The position numbers were made by a program, and so were the translations under genes. Below the pieces are notes generated by a model. The model searched no databases. It saw only the letters and a program-made list of their open reading frames with translations, and was not told the origin of the DNA. A DNA stretch of 64,000 nt from Candidatus Poribacteria bacterium (GTDB lineage Bacteria; Poribacteria; WGA-4E; PCPOR2b): NCBI GenBank assembly GCA_965198175.1, contig OZ240245.1, positions 3,163,030 to 3,227,029 on the forward strand, written 5' to 3'. Shown one piece after another: positions 51,977 through 60,970 of the stretch (position 1 is its first letter; every line of letters starts with the position of its first letter).

Positions 51977-53051
51977 GCTTAGGAGTTACGCAGTTGAGAG
52001 CAAATAGGTTATAATTTGAGCATGAATCCATCGAAATATAATGACATTGACTATATCAATTTCTTGGTTGGCACTCAGAAAAGTTACAGTTGTCTTGAGG
52101 CAGAAAAGGTTCAACCCCAAACTGATGACTCACCGGCTCATGATTCGATAACCAGACTTTTGCATCGAGATGAACCCGATACCGGCAAACTGTGGCACGA
52201 ATCAAAAAGTCAGGTGAAATTGAAATCAGGAATTCTAGTTATAGATGATTCGACCCTTAGATGAAGGATCGATCCTTCATCTGATAAACCTTATTCCCAA
52301 AAGATTGACCTAGTGACAAAACACTGGTCGGGGAAACACCATCGAGTTGTGCATGGCATTAACCTAATCACTTTGCTTTGGACGAATGGCGATAGACATA
52401 TTCCATGTGATTATCGAATCTATAACAAAGCCAAGGACGGCTTGACGAAAAATGACCATTTCCGTGCAATGCTGACGGAAGCGAAGAACCGTGGCTTTGT
52501 TCCCGAATGTCTTTGCTTTGATAGTTGGTATGCTAGCCTAGAGAATCTAAAAGCCGTCCGAGATTATGGTTGGAGATGGCTGACTCGTCTAGCTGCCAAC
52601 CGACGGGTCAGTAAAGATTATTCCGGTAATCGTCCTGTAAGTACAGTGCCGATTGAATCAACGGGTACGATTGTTCATCTTAAGGGTTATGGATTGATTT
52701 TGGTATTCAAGGTGGACACTCCAGAAGGTGACATTGAATATTGGGCAACGAACGACTTACACATGAACGAGTTAACACGTCTCAAATATACGGAATGGTC
52801 TTGGGCAATAGAAGAATATCATCGTGGCATTAAGCAATTCGTTGGCGTCGAACGGGCACAAGTGCGGTCGACTCGCACTCAAAGCAATCATATCGGTTTA
52901 GCGCTGAGAGCCTTTCTGAGAATTGAGCATTACTGTTATCATACCGGCACCAGTTGGTTTGAAGCAAAACTCTCAATTGTCAGAAAGGCTGTCCGTGATT
53001 ATTTGGTGCAGCCTCTTTTTACGCTTGAGTCAACTGCGTAACTCCTAAAGC
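51977..53051 (+). mobile_element. IS element (about 1.07 kb) with 17-bp perfect terminal inverted repeats TAGGAGTTACGCAGTTG. Its IS4/IS701-superfamily DDE transposase is interrupted by an in-frame TGA inside a 24-bp palindrome.
   Basis: Left inverted repeat at 51980-51996 and right inverted repeat (reverse complement) at 53031-53047. The transposase reads in a single frame from 52022 to 53041 except for TGA at 52262-52264. Confidence 0.7.
52259..52282. repeat. 24-bp perfect palindrome AGATGAAGGATC|GATCCTTCATCT lying in frame inside the transposase gene
   Basis: Exact reverse-complement symmetry. Removing it deletes 8 codons (R*RIDPSS) and leaves ...DDSTL-DKPYSQKIDLV... contiguous. Confidence 0.8.
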
Positions 53052-53655
53052 TATTGGTGGACATATTATCTTTATGAATCTCTGGTTATAAATCAAATAG
53101 TAGCACACCGATCGAATCGAGAAAGGGTAAACATGGCAAATTCTTTTCTAAACATAAACAAAAGAAAGGTGATTGACCAAGTGATGTCACAGACGGTGGA
53201 ATTCTCAGAACTTCATCGCTTTAACTTATCGCATTCATAAAGTAATTCGCTGGACAGGTGTTTTGGTTGCATTGTATCCTGCGAGATGAAGCTAGGTGAT
53301 TGTCAACGATTCATCTCGGCTTCCTCCAGTCGTGTGAGGTGACTAACCGCCTCACGGGACGTATTGATTGCCATAATTAGGACGTGAATCCCTGTGCCTG
53401 AGGCAACCCAGTTTCACTGTTCAGGAACTGGATTGTCGATTCTCTCACCTAGTCTTAACACTCCTAACCAAATTGAGTATCCCAATGAACCAGCGTCTGG
53501 ACAAAAGGGCGCAGGTGTTTTATTGCCTGCTTTTGTCGCTCAATCTAACAAAGGAGTGTTCACCAATGTTTATCGAATTTCCTCAGCCCGACAAGCTCAT
53601 CAACATTGACATCATCGACCGAATTGAAATCCAAACTGTTCGGTAGCGTGGAGAG

Positions 53656-53856
53656 ATGAATCACAAACTGTTGCTTTATCGCAATCATAGCTACTCGGTC
53701 GGCACTCCAAGCAGCAGCAAAAATTTCAATGGCGAAATCTGGCGATTCGTGCTGATGAAGCCACAAAACAAAGAGCAAATCTATGAGGTGTGGAATACTC
53801 TCATCGAAAACCTCGGCGAAGAAGTCGTTACCATCAATACCCCGCTTCTGGGGTAA
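53656..53856 (+). CDS. Small hypothetical ORF (66 aa) in a cassette-like cluster
   Basis: ORF with GGAGAG 3 nt before the ATG. Upstream mini-ORF at 53567 has a strong AAGGAG ribosome-binding site. Confidence 0.25.
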   Translation: MNHKLLLYRNHSYSVGTPSSSKNFNGEIWRFVLMKPQNKEQIYEVWNTLIENLGEEVVTINTPLLG

Positions 53857-53914
53857 AATCTAAGGGAGCGGCTCACGCCGTCCCCACTACTTTACAAGGA
53901 GATTTACAACGTCT

Positions 53915-54100
53915 ATGAAACTGATTATCGAGGAGCGACTCCAAGCTGTTGAAGTTGAAGTGAAGAACCTCAAAACTCACTTGGAAGCATTGCCACCCAC
54001 GCATGACGTTTCCGTTGATAATGTGCATGGTATAGTTACTGATATGGTTAATAGTATATTCGATCACGCACGAGCAATCGAACGCGGTCGTACTATATGA
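53915..54100 (+). CDS. Small hypothetical ORF (61 aa), preceded by a GC stem-loop and the CTACTTTACAAGGAGATT leader
   Basis: Leader motif at 53887-53904 and stem-loop at 53864-53885. Confidence 0.35.
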   Translation: MKLIIEERLQAVEVEVKNLKTHLEALPPTHDVSVDNVHGIVTDMVNSIFDHARAIERGRTI

Positions 54101-54174
54101 TATAACCCAGAAATGGATTAACATCTATGGACGGGGCGACTAGCTCCGCCCCCCTACTCTACAAGGAGATTGTT

Positions 54175-54417
54175 TTGATAGATACTACCACTCAGGAGGA
54201 ACTCAGATGTAAGAAGTTGATTATCGTTGGCAATAATGGCGAAGAAGTTATCTTGCGTGTTGCTACGGAGCCTGCCGTACGCGATTCACTTGATAACCAT
54301 GTGATAAGAGAGGCAATTACGCGCATTCGATTTGAAGACCACAATGGCAAAATTCAGGATATCGCATCCGTCCCTGAAGGTCAAGTCGAACTCGCATTAA
54401 GTAATCCTGTTAGCTAG
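54175..54417 (+). CDS. Small hypothetical ORF (about 80 aa from TTG 54175; ORF track gives ATG 54127), preceded by a GC stem-loop and the CTACTCTACAAGGAGATT leader
   Basis: Leader motif at 54154-54171 and stem-loop GGGGCG..CGCCCC at 54133-54152. Confidence 0.35.
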   Translation: MIDTTTQEELRCKKLIIVGNNGEEVILRVATEPAVRDSLDNHVIREAITRIRFEDHNGKIQDIASVPEGQVELALSNPVS

Positions 54418-54652
54418 ATAGGAACAGCATAAATTTGCCCATCAACTATCACAATTGACGATGGCGGTAAAGCCTTCAGCAAGTCATTATAATGGGACCC
54501 AAGTGTGCTAATTGGGTGTCCGATTGGCACACTACCTTCCTTCAACATGGGCGGCGTGTTTTTCACCAAATTACTTATAAATCGTTCTGAACCTATTTGT
54601 TTTTCGCTTTTAGTTTCCATAACTTTCACGTCACATCACACGGAGATATGTA

Positions 54653-54856
54653 ATGCTAACCAATTCTGACCTAATAAGCCAAATCGAAAGTAAGGTTATT
54701 ACATTAGAATCACTTCTTTCTGAGATTAGAGAAAACTTAGGCTGCCCTGAGTTTTTCAACAATCGAGAGGTACAATTAAAGTTGTTATTAGATAGCGTCC
54801 ATGTCAATCTTAATCAATGGTTCCGTGATAGAGATCGCCCACCCGTTTCGGATTAA
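54653..54856 (+). CDS. Small hypothetical ORF (67 aa)
   Basis: ORF with GGAG ribosome-binding site. Its 3' end overlaps the IS3 remnant. Confidence 0.25.
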   Translation: MLTNSDLISQIESKVITLESLLSEIRENLGCPEFFNNREVQLKLLLDSVHVNLNQWFRDRDRPPVSD

Positions 54857-55309
54857 CAATATGTTCTTGAGAGCGAAGCCATGCAGTCAACCGAGGCACC
54901 CCATAGAACGGCGTCTTAGTGTACTGTTCGTCTACTAGACGCATATAGAGTAAATTTTGTTGCGATTCTACTACAGGTCGGTAATAGAACGAAGACCTAG
55001 ACAACCCCAATAGTTGACATTGTCTCGACACCGACGGTGAACGACAGCCCGGTTCAACAAGTTGCCGCTTCGGTTCAACGGAGCCGTTGAGTTTTTTTTG
55101 AAGCCAGTCGAGCTCTACCTTCAACTGACCGATTTGGCGATAGAGTTCAGCGACTAGCTGTTCGTTGTCGGAATCTGCTTTTGAACGTCCGTTTGCAAAG
55201 AGTTGAGGTAATGCTTCAAGCACTTGCTTTTTCCATTGACTGACTTGATTCGGGTGGATTCCATATTCACTGGCAATGTGTTGAGCCCGTGAAATTCTTG
55301 GTTTGCCAT
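54810..55309 (-). mobile_element. IS3-family transposase remnant: OrfA with a 1-nt frameshift near the start, plus the first 60 codons of OrfB; DDE core absent
   Basis: KPRISRAQHIASEYGIHPNQVSQWKKQVLEALPQLF (OrfA HTH and leucine zipper) runs straight into LSVSRQCQLLGLSRSSFYYRP...YGVPRLTAWLRSQ (OrfB N-terminus). Confidence 0.65.
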
Positions 55310-55510
55310 GCTAACTTCCGGAAGTCCGTAGGTTGGGTTGAGAGTGTAAAATAAATGCCTAGCTAAGGCAAATGAGAGCGTCGCTAGTCACCGATGCTGT
55401 TGCCGCGCATAAAGATAGACCCAAACCCAACACCCAATCTACGTGTTAATCATCATGCGTGGGTATCACTACAGACTTGGGAGACCCAATTTGAATTGAA
55501 TCCCGAAGTC

Positions 55511-57109
55511 CTAGCGTAATGCTTCGTGTTTTTCATCAGCGTTAATCTGGAAGCGTTCTAACAGAAAATCGCGTACTCCTTGCAGTGAGGAGTTGGTTAA
55601 AATTCCATCCGGTATGATGACCGCTGCACTTCCAATGCCGGGCTTGAGGAAAGCCCAGATGCGCTCAATAAAAAGGATCTCAGTCCGTTGGTTCTTGCGA
55701 GGTTTGTTGTTCCCTGCTTTATTCATCTGATTGCCCAATTCATAATCCTCAAGATAGGGATGTTCAGATAACGACACTTTTGCGCCGAAAGGCGGGTTGG
55801 TCAAAATCAGGTCGATGGCGCCTTCTTTAAACTCATTGTTGCCGGTCCTTTCACGAATGCGGTCAAATTGTTGCAGTGCGTCCGCGCTGATGACGTTGGT
55901 GTGACCGTCGTCGTGGAGAATCATGTTCATTTTAGCGACACGAGCAATCTCTTCATTGACCTCAATTCCGAAAAGCATCGCTTTAGCGAAATCGTGCCAG
56001 TGCTTAAAACGGTCTACAGGATCGTCGTGATAATCGTTCGCCTCTTCACGCACATAGTCAAGCGCATGGAGTAGGAAACCACCAGAACCACAGGCTGGAT
56101 CTAGTACGCGTTCATGGTTTTGGGGCCGCATCATTTGGACCATGAAATCAATAATTTCCCGCGGGGTGAAATACTGACCGAAGTGGCCCTTGAAAAAGCC
56201 GTCCATAAACGTTTCAAATGCTACTCCTTTTGTATCAAGATCAGTCTTAGAGAGGTTAATGCTTTCGATATGGGAGACAATGGTGCGGAGCGTTGCGGCG
56301 TCAATCTTGATGGTATCAGTGAAAACATCAGGTTCTCTCCGCTGCTGCACCTCATAGATTGACCGGATGCGCTCCGCGAGTTTGCTACTCGGCTCGTGTG
56401 TTTTGATTTGGAATTCGTAAGGTTCTCCATTTCTACGGTTTGCCTGCTCATCGTTGATTTTGACAAAGATAATTTTACATAGTTCGCCGAAAGCCTCTGG
56501 GGGCGAGAGTTTGCCGCCTCCCCAAAGGGTCTGATGGCATTTCTTAATCGTAGAAATGAGCATTTCTTTGGAGACAGCCGAAATATCGTCTTGAGTTCCT
56601 TTCCGAAAACGGAATTCCTCTGGCTTGCCATACCGTCGCGGAAGGTCTGCAACGATATTTGCTTCACGTTCGAGAACCCCGTATCTCGGAGAGAAATCGA
56701 GAAATCGCCGTGTCTGACCTGCGACGACCCCAACAAAATTTGCGCGGAACTTTGCCCATGTTCCGTTGCCACAAGCTTGCTCAACTGCTTGATTAAATTC
56801 TGAATCGGTGATGTCATCCTGCTTGAACTCAATCACCGCGTAGGGCTGAGTCCGTTTGTCATCGTGAAAAATGACTAAATCGGCGGCGTCTCTTGGGGTG
56901 CGGTCAGGTACGGTTACTTCAACCCCAATACGGTTCGGTTCATAGCCGTAGCGGTAGACTAGTTCTGCCCAATATTCAGCTCTAACTTTCTCTTCAGGGT
57001 CAGCATATCGTTCTTTGTGGTCAATTGCAACATAGGTAATCTTTTCAGCTTTCCCCTCTCCTGAAAGGTAAGCATCTTCATTTTTTAGTGCATTTTCTAT
57101 GTAGGTCAT
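55511..57109 (-). CDS. N6-adenine DNA methyltransferase with an N-terminal HsdR_N-type PD-(D/E)xK domain (type I/IIG-like); no cognate S or R subunit nearby
   Basis: DLVIFHDD...AVIEFK nuclease-like motif, FxGxG motif-I (LDPACGSGGFLL), NPPF motif-IV (LTNPPFG). Confidence 0.75.
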   Translation of the reverse strand: MTYIENALKNEDAYLSGEGKAEKITYVAIDHKERYADPEEKVRAEYWAELVYRYGYEPNRIGVEVTVPDRTPRDAADLVIFHDDKRTQPYAVIEFKQDDITDSEFNQAVEQACGNGTWAKFRANFVGVVAGQTRRFLDFSPRYGVLEREANIVADLPRRYGKPEEFRFRKGTQDDISAVSKEMLISTIKKCHQTLWGGGKLSPPEAFGELCKIIFVKINDEQANRRNGEPYEFQIKTHEPSSKLAERIRSIYEVQQRREPDVFTDTIKIDAATLRTIVSHIESINLSKTDLDTKGVAFETFMDGFFKGHFGQYFTPREIIDFMVQMMRPQNHERVLDPACGSGGFLLHALDYVREEANDYHDDPVDRFKHWHDFAKAMLFGIEVNEEIARVAKMNMILHDDGHTNVISADALQQFDRIRERTGNNEFKEGAIDLILTNPPFGAKVSLSEHPYLEDYELGNQMNKAGNNKPRKNQRTEILFIERIWAFLKPGIGSAAVIIPDGILTNSSLQGVRDFLLERFQINADEKHEALR

Positions 57110-58094
57110 GTTATTCTCCAGTGGGAAAAAATTATTGCGTTGCAGTCGTGGGGTCTTTATTAGTCGTTCGGGATAGCGATTATCCGGCTATCAATTGGCA
57201 TTGTTGCGAAGTTTCGCCTCGTTCTCCTGTCTGAAACCATCATATAATTACCCTTAACAGAGGATAAGAGGCGCATAAGACAATCAGGATTACTCTATAC
57301 GAATAACGTCAGTAGTTTACCACATTCGACAAGTAATCTGTTACGTTTTTGCTTTAGGTGCCAAATAATTAAAGACGGGGACGGCTGTGGAAGGGTAAAA
57401 CGGCTGTCTTTTTCGTAATGATTCATCCGAGGTAACTCTGTAATGTTGGCAGTTGCAGCATACAGTTGAAAACCAATTGTCGGATATGCTATACTAGCTG
57501 AACTTGAGGTGTGACGCGCACCTGCGTATGCCTAGGGACGATATGGTCATGCTTGGGCAAACTGCGGTAAGTCATAGACCGAAAATCACACGCGATCACT
57601 TACGCGGTACATTTAGATCCTGTTTGGAAAGTATGTGGCAGAGCCATTGTTTGGCCATTTGAGGGTCAAAATCATGGGATTTTCAAGGCATTTACTCCAA
57701 AATGGTTTCTCTCGAATACGGATTTGGACTTTTCAAACAGGCTCTAAGTGTGAGTGGAAAAATCATCGTGTTCATTTTAGCGCTGATGTTGTCAATTTAT
57801 GGGGTACGAAAGTGTTAATTGCGGTCAGGTCGGCCCCACTGTTGAGGGAGGCGATGGTCGGTACGATATTGAGAATTTTGGTCTGTTCAATCCTGAAGAG
57901 GCACAAAAGGAGTACGGTCATCGTTACTATGATCGGTACAATCGTTATCATAGCACCGCGCTCGGCAACTTTTTGTTTCAGGTTCCTGAAGCGTATCAGT
58001 AGTTTTGTTTTGTGACAAAATTTATTTTGTGGGGTATTATATTTTTGGATACGACTGCTTTTCACATCCACACTTTTGACGAAAGGGGTATGTA

Positions 58095-58664
58095 ATGTTT
58101 GCACGGTATTTGTTGTGCGTTCTTTGTTTGGGTACCCTGATCAGCTGCGGTGCTGATAGGGATATTGTTGTGGAAGATGAGATTTCTGCTGACGGGAGTG
58201 ATGTGCCCGATGCCGTCTCTCCAGACAGTTATTCTGGAGATATTCCTGTGGTTACGCTTGTCACAGAGGGGCTCTGGGATGAAGAGGGGAGTCTGCAGAT
58301 TCAATTCCATTTAGAGATTGACCGGTCCCTTGAACATAATCTTTCAATATGTTTTGAACGGGTGCATTTTTCTGTTTTTGGTCATGATAATTCCGACAGG
58401 GGGTTACTGGGTATTTTACAAGGAGAAACTGAGTCCTTGAGTTTTACTTCCTATGCTCTTGCTAATAAGACTGTGTTAACGATTTTACCGGCGTCTATGC
58501 GGAAGGAGGTTGTGTTACCCTATAGGGTTTATGTTGGTCGGGATAGAGATGCTGATGAGAAAGTTAGTTTTGCTGTTCCTGTGGGGCATCAATTTAAACC
58601 GTACAAAATTGGTGACCCAGGAGAAATCATTCTCCGTCGTGGGGACATTGACGGATTTAAATGA
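58095..58664 (+). CDS. Lipoprotein of unknown function (189 aa)
   Basis: Signal plus lipobox LGTLISC. The C-terminal VPVGHQFKPYKIGDP motif is repeated out of frame at 58675-58761. Confidence 0.5.
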   Translation: MFARYLLCVLCLGTLISCGADRDIVVEDEISADGSDVPDAVSPDSYSGDIPVVTLVTEGLWDEEGSLQIQFHLEIDRSLEHNLSICFERVHFSVFGHDNSDRGLLGILQGETESLSFTSYALANKTVLTILPASMRKEVVLPYRVYVGRDRDADEKVSFAVPVGHQFKPYKIGDPGEIILRRGDIDGFK

Positions 58665-58979
58665 ATGTTCAGTAAAACACTATTTTGATATTCCTGTGGG
58701 ACACCAGTTTCAACCGTATCGGGTCGGTACTCCATCTCAGATTGTTTACGAGGGGGGATGAAGTAGACAACTGGCCTTTTTTCTCAAAGAAGACAAACAT
58801 GATTGTTTGTCTTCTTTTTGTTTTTTAACTGTGTTGATGGGGAAGGTGCCTAAAAAAATATCAATGATTCTTCCCTGCGGCAAATTTTTTCTTGTGGTAT
58901 TATATGTTTTGAATACGGTCGGCTGTTTTTTAACGTATGTTCTAAAAATGAAAGAGGGTTGTGATGTTCTGATATTAGG

Positions 58980-59489
58980 TTGTGTGTCCTTTGTTTGGGC
59001 ACCCTGATCTGCGATGTTGAGAGTTATGTTATTGAGGAGGGTGAGATGCCGCTTGATACTGATGGAGAGGTTGTTGACGCCATTGTTTCGGATAACTATT
59101 CTGGAAATATTCCTGGTGTCATGGTTGTTGCCGGTGATATTTTGGATAAAGGAGGGGATTTACGGATTCCGTACTTCCTCAAAATTGACAGACCGCTCGC
59201 ACACAACCTTGTGGTGTGTGTTGAGGTTGTCTCGATGACCCCAGTCCCAGGGTTTGGTAATATCCGTTGCCGTTCTATGAGAGTGCTAAGGGGTATTCTT
59301 TGGGGTACAACTGAGTCCCTGCTGCATTACTGGTGGATCGGTGATGGTGGTCCTGTTAAACTTCCAATAACGGTGTTACCGGCAAGCACACGGACATCTG
59401 TTCTTGATGCATACTTGGAAAAGTTTGGTGGACCTTATTGGGTTGTTATTGGCAGTAGATACATGGAAAGCACCTTAGAGCCTGTTTGA
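58980..59489 (+). pseudogene. Paralog of the 58095 lipoprotein whose N-terminus is destroyed (TGA, TAG and a 1-nt indel in the signal-peptide region)
   Basis: Nucleotide alignment of 58964-59010 with 58095-58150. The proteins share SP(D/V)SYSG(D/N)IP...L(E/K)IDR(S/P)L(E/A)HNL. Confidence 0.5.
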
Positions 59490-59571
59490 AAAAGAAAAAA
59501 GTTGTCTGAACGGTTGATGTTTACGTTTACACATTGGAGCAGTTGATTCTGAACCAATGAAAGGAGTAAAC

Positions 59572-59930
59572 ATGAACCGTAAGCGTTATCCCAGTGATTT
59601 GACCGATGCACAATGGAAGAAACTGTCCCCGTTTCTGCCAACACCCCAATCATTGGGTAGACCTCTGGTGTGTGCTGATGCCGCCTATCGGGGAGAATTA
59701 GAAGACTGGTTATATCTTGCTCATTAGTATCAACTGCAGATTGCATCTACGCTAGGGCAGCAGGAGTTTAAAGTTGTCCGGTTACGATGGATTGTTGATC
59801 GCACATTTTCTTGGTTTGGTTTCGTCGATTGACTTTGGATTATGAACGCTATCCTAGGACTGCTGAGACTATGGTGTACATCGCTTCCATTTACTTGATG
59901 CGAAACCGTATCAAATGACTTTTCAAACAA
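59572..59930 (+). mobile_element. IS5-family transposase relic: N-terminal 30 codons joined to frameshifted C-terminal about 50 codons
   Basis: MNRKRYPSDLTDAQWKKLSPFLP (IS5 N-terminus) ... RWIVDRTFSWFG ... YERYPRTAETMVYIASIYLMRNRIK (IS5 C-terminus). AAGGAG ribosome-binding site. Confidence 0.55.
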
Positions 59931-59956
59931 GCTCTAAGAATCAGAGGGACTGAATC

Positions 59957-60600
59957 TTGGCGTCATGGAATGAGTTGTACGCTGATGAAAAATATCAAGA
60001 GTTAATCCCAGAGACCGCTGTCTATCGGTTTTGCAGCATCGTGGAAGGCGCATTTGACGAAAGACCGCTGAAGTTCTGGGACCTCGGCTGCGGTGCCGGT
60101 CGACACACCGCGGCGCTTTTCCGGCTCGGTCATGATGTCTATGCTACGGACGATGCACCACGCGCAATTGATTTGACAAGACAACGGTTGGCGGATGTGA
60201 CAGATTGGCCTTGGCGCCCTAGCTGTTTTCACGGCGTGGTCAGCTGGAATGTGTTACACCACAACAGACTTGCCGCCATTGACGAAGCTGTGGCTCACAT
60301 TTACCGGTCGCTGATTCCCGGTGGAATCTTGATGGTCACACAAAATTGGACAAAGCTGATTTAGCCGGACGAGGGGTAGAAATTGAACCAGGGACATTCA
60401 TCCACGATATCGGTGACGATAGCGGCGTTCCGCACCATTACTTCAACGAGGCTGGTATCCGGGATTTGTTTGCGGACTGGGAGTTCATGGTGCTATCGGA
60501 ACAGGTGATCGCTCACTTGGAGCGCCCCGATCGGTTTTGGGAGTATACGCCATTCCCATTCACACATTGGGAGATTGTCGCGAGGAAGTTCGCGGGCTAA
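59957..60600 (+). pseudogene. Class I SAM-dependent methyltransferase split by a single-nucleotide frameshift near 60346-60351
   Basis: Motif I DLGCGAGRHT and LIPGGILMV in the first frame. The C-terminal ...GTFIHDIG... continues in the +2 frame from 60346. Confidence 0.55.
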
Positions 60601-60970
60601 CTGTGAACAGCAACTAAGAATTACACATATTTATGTAATTAAAAAAGAGTGTTAACCCCATAGTGAAGACTATCGCACTCACTATTCGTTCGCTTGATCC
60701 TTCGCTATCCGCTCAGTTGATCGCCTTTGGTGATGGGGAGGACATTTGGGGTGTGCGTCGCAATTCGGAGATCGCTCCTACTGAGCGTTGCGGGTAGGAG
60801 GAAATTCCAATTCCCGACAATACATCACAATTCTTGTATCGTTGAAAAACAGCACAGTTGCCTCCGTTGGTAGAGATTCGCTTTAAACCGTTCAACCCAA
60901 CTTCCTGACTTAGGAAAGTGTTCGCAGAGGAAGCGGTAGCAAGTAACCTGTGTCTAAATCGACTTCGTTT

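Noticed and set aside
52259-52282. Selenocysteine (SECIS-like) recoding of the TGA in the transposase
   Set aside because: The UGA lies inside the 5' arm of the palindrome rather than upstream of a downstream hairpin, and the element is an exact 24-bp in-frame insertion relative to the remaining ORF.
53560-54860. Integron gene-cassette array
   Set aside because: No attC-like sites with GTTRRRY/RYYYAAC cores and no intI nearby. The conserved element is an SD-containing leader, not a recombination site.
58570-58761. Diversity-generating retroelement template/variable repeat pair at the lipoprotein C-terminus
   Set aside because: The two repeat copies are only about 65% identical with substitutions at all bases, not adenine-specific, and no reverse transcriptase gene is nearby.
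60621-60650. AATTACA-cataTTTA-TGTAATT hairpin followed by an A-run as a terminator
   Set aside because: No U-run in the correct orientation for either flanking gene. AT-rich 7-bp stem only.
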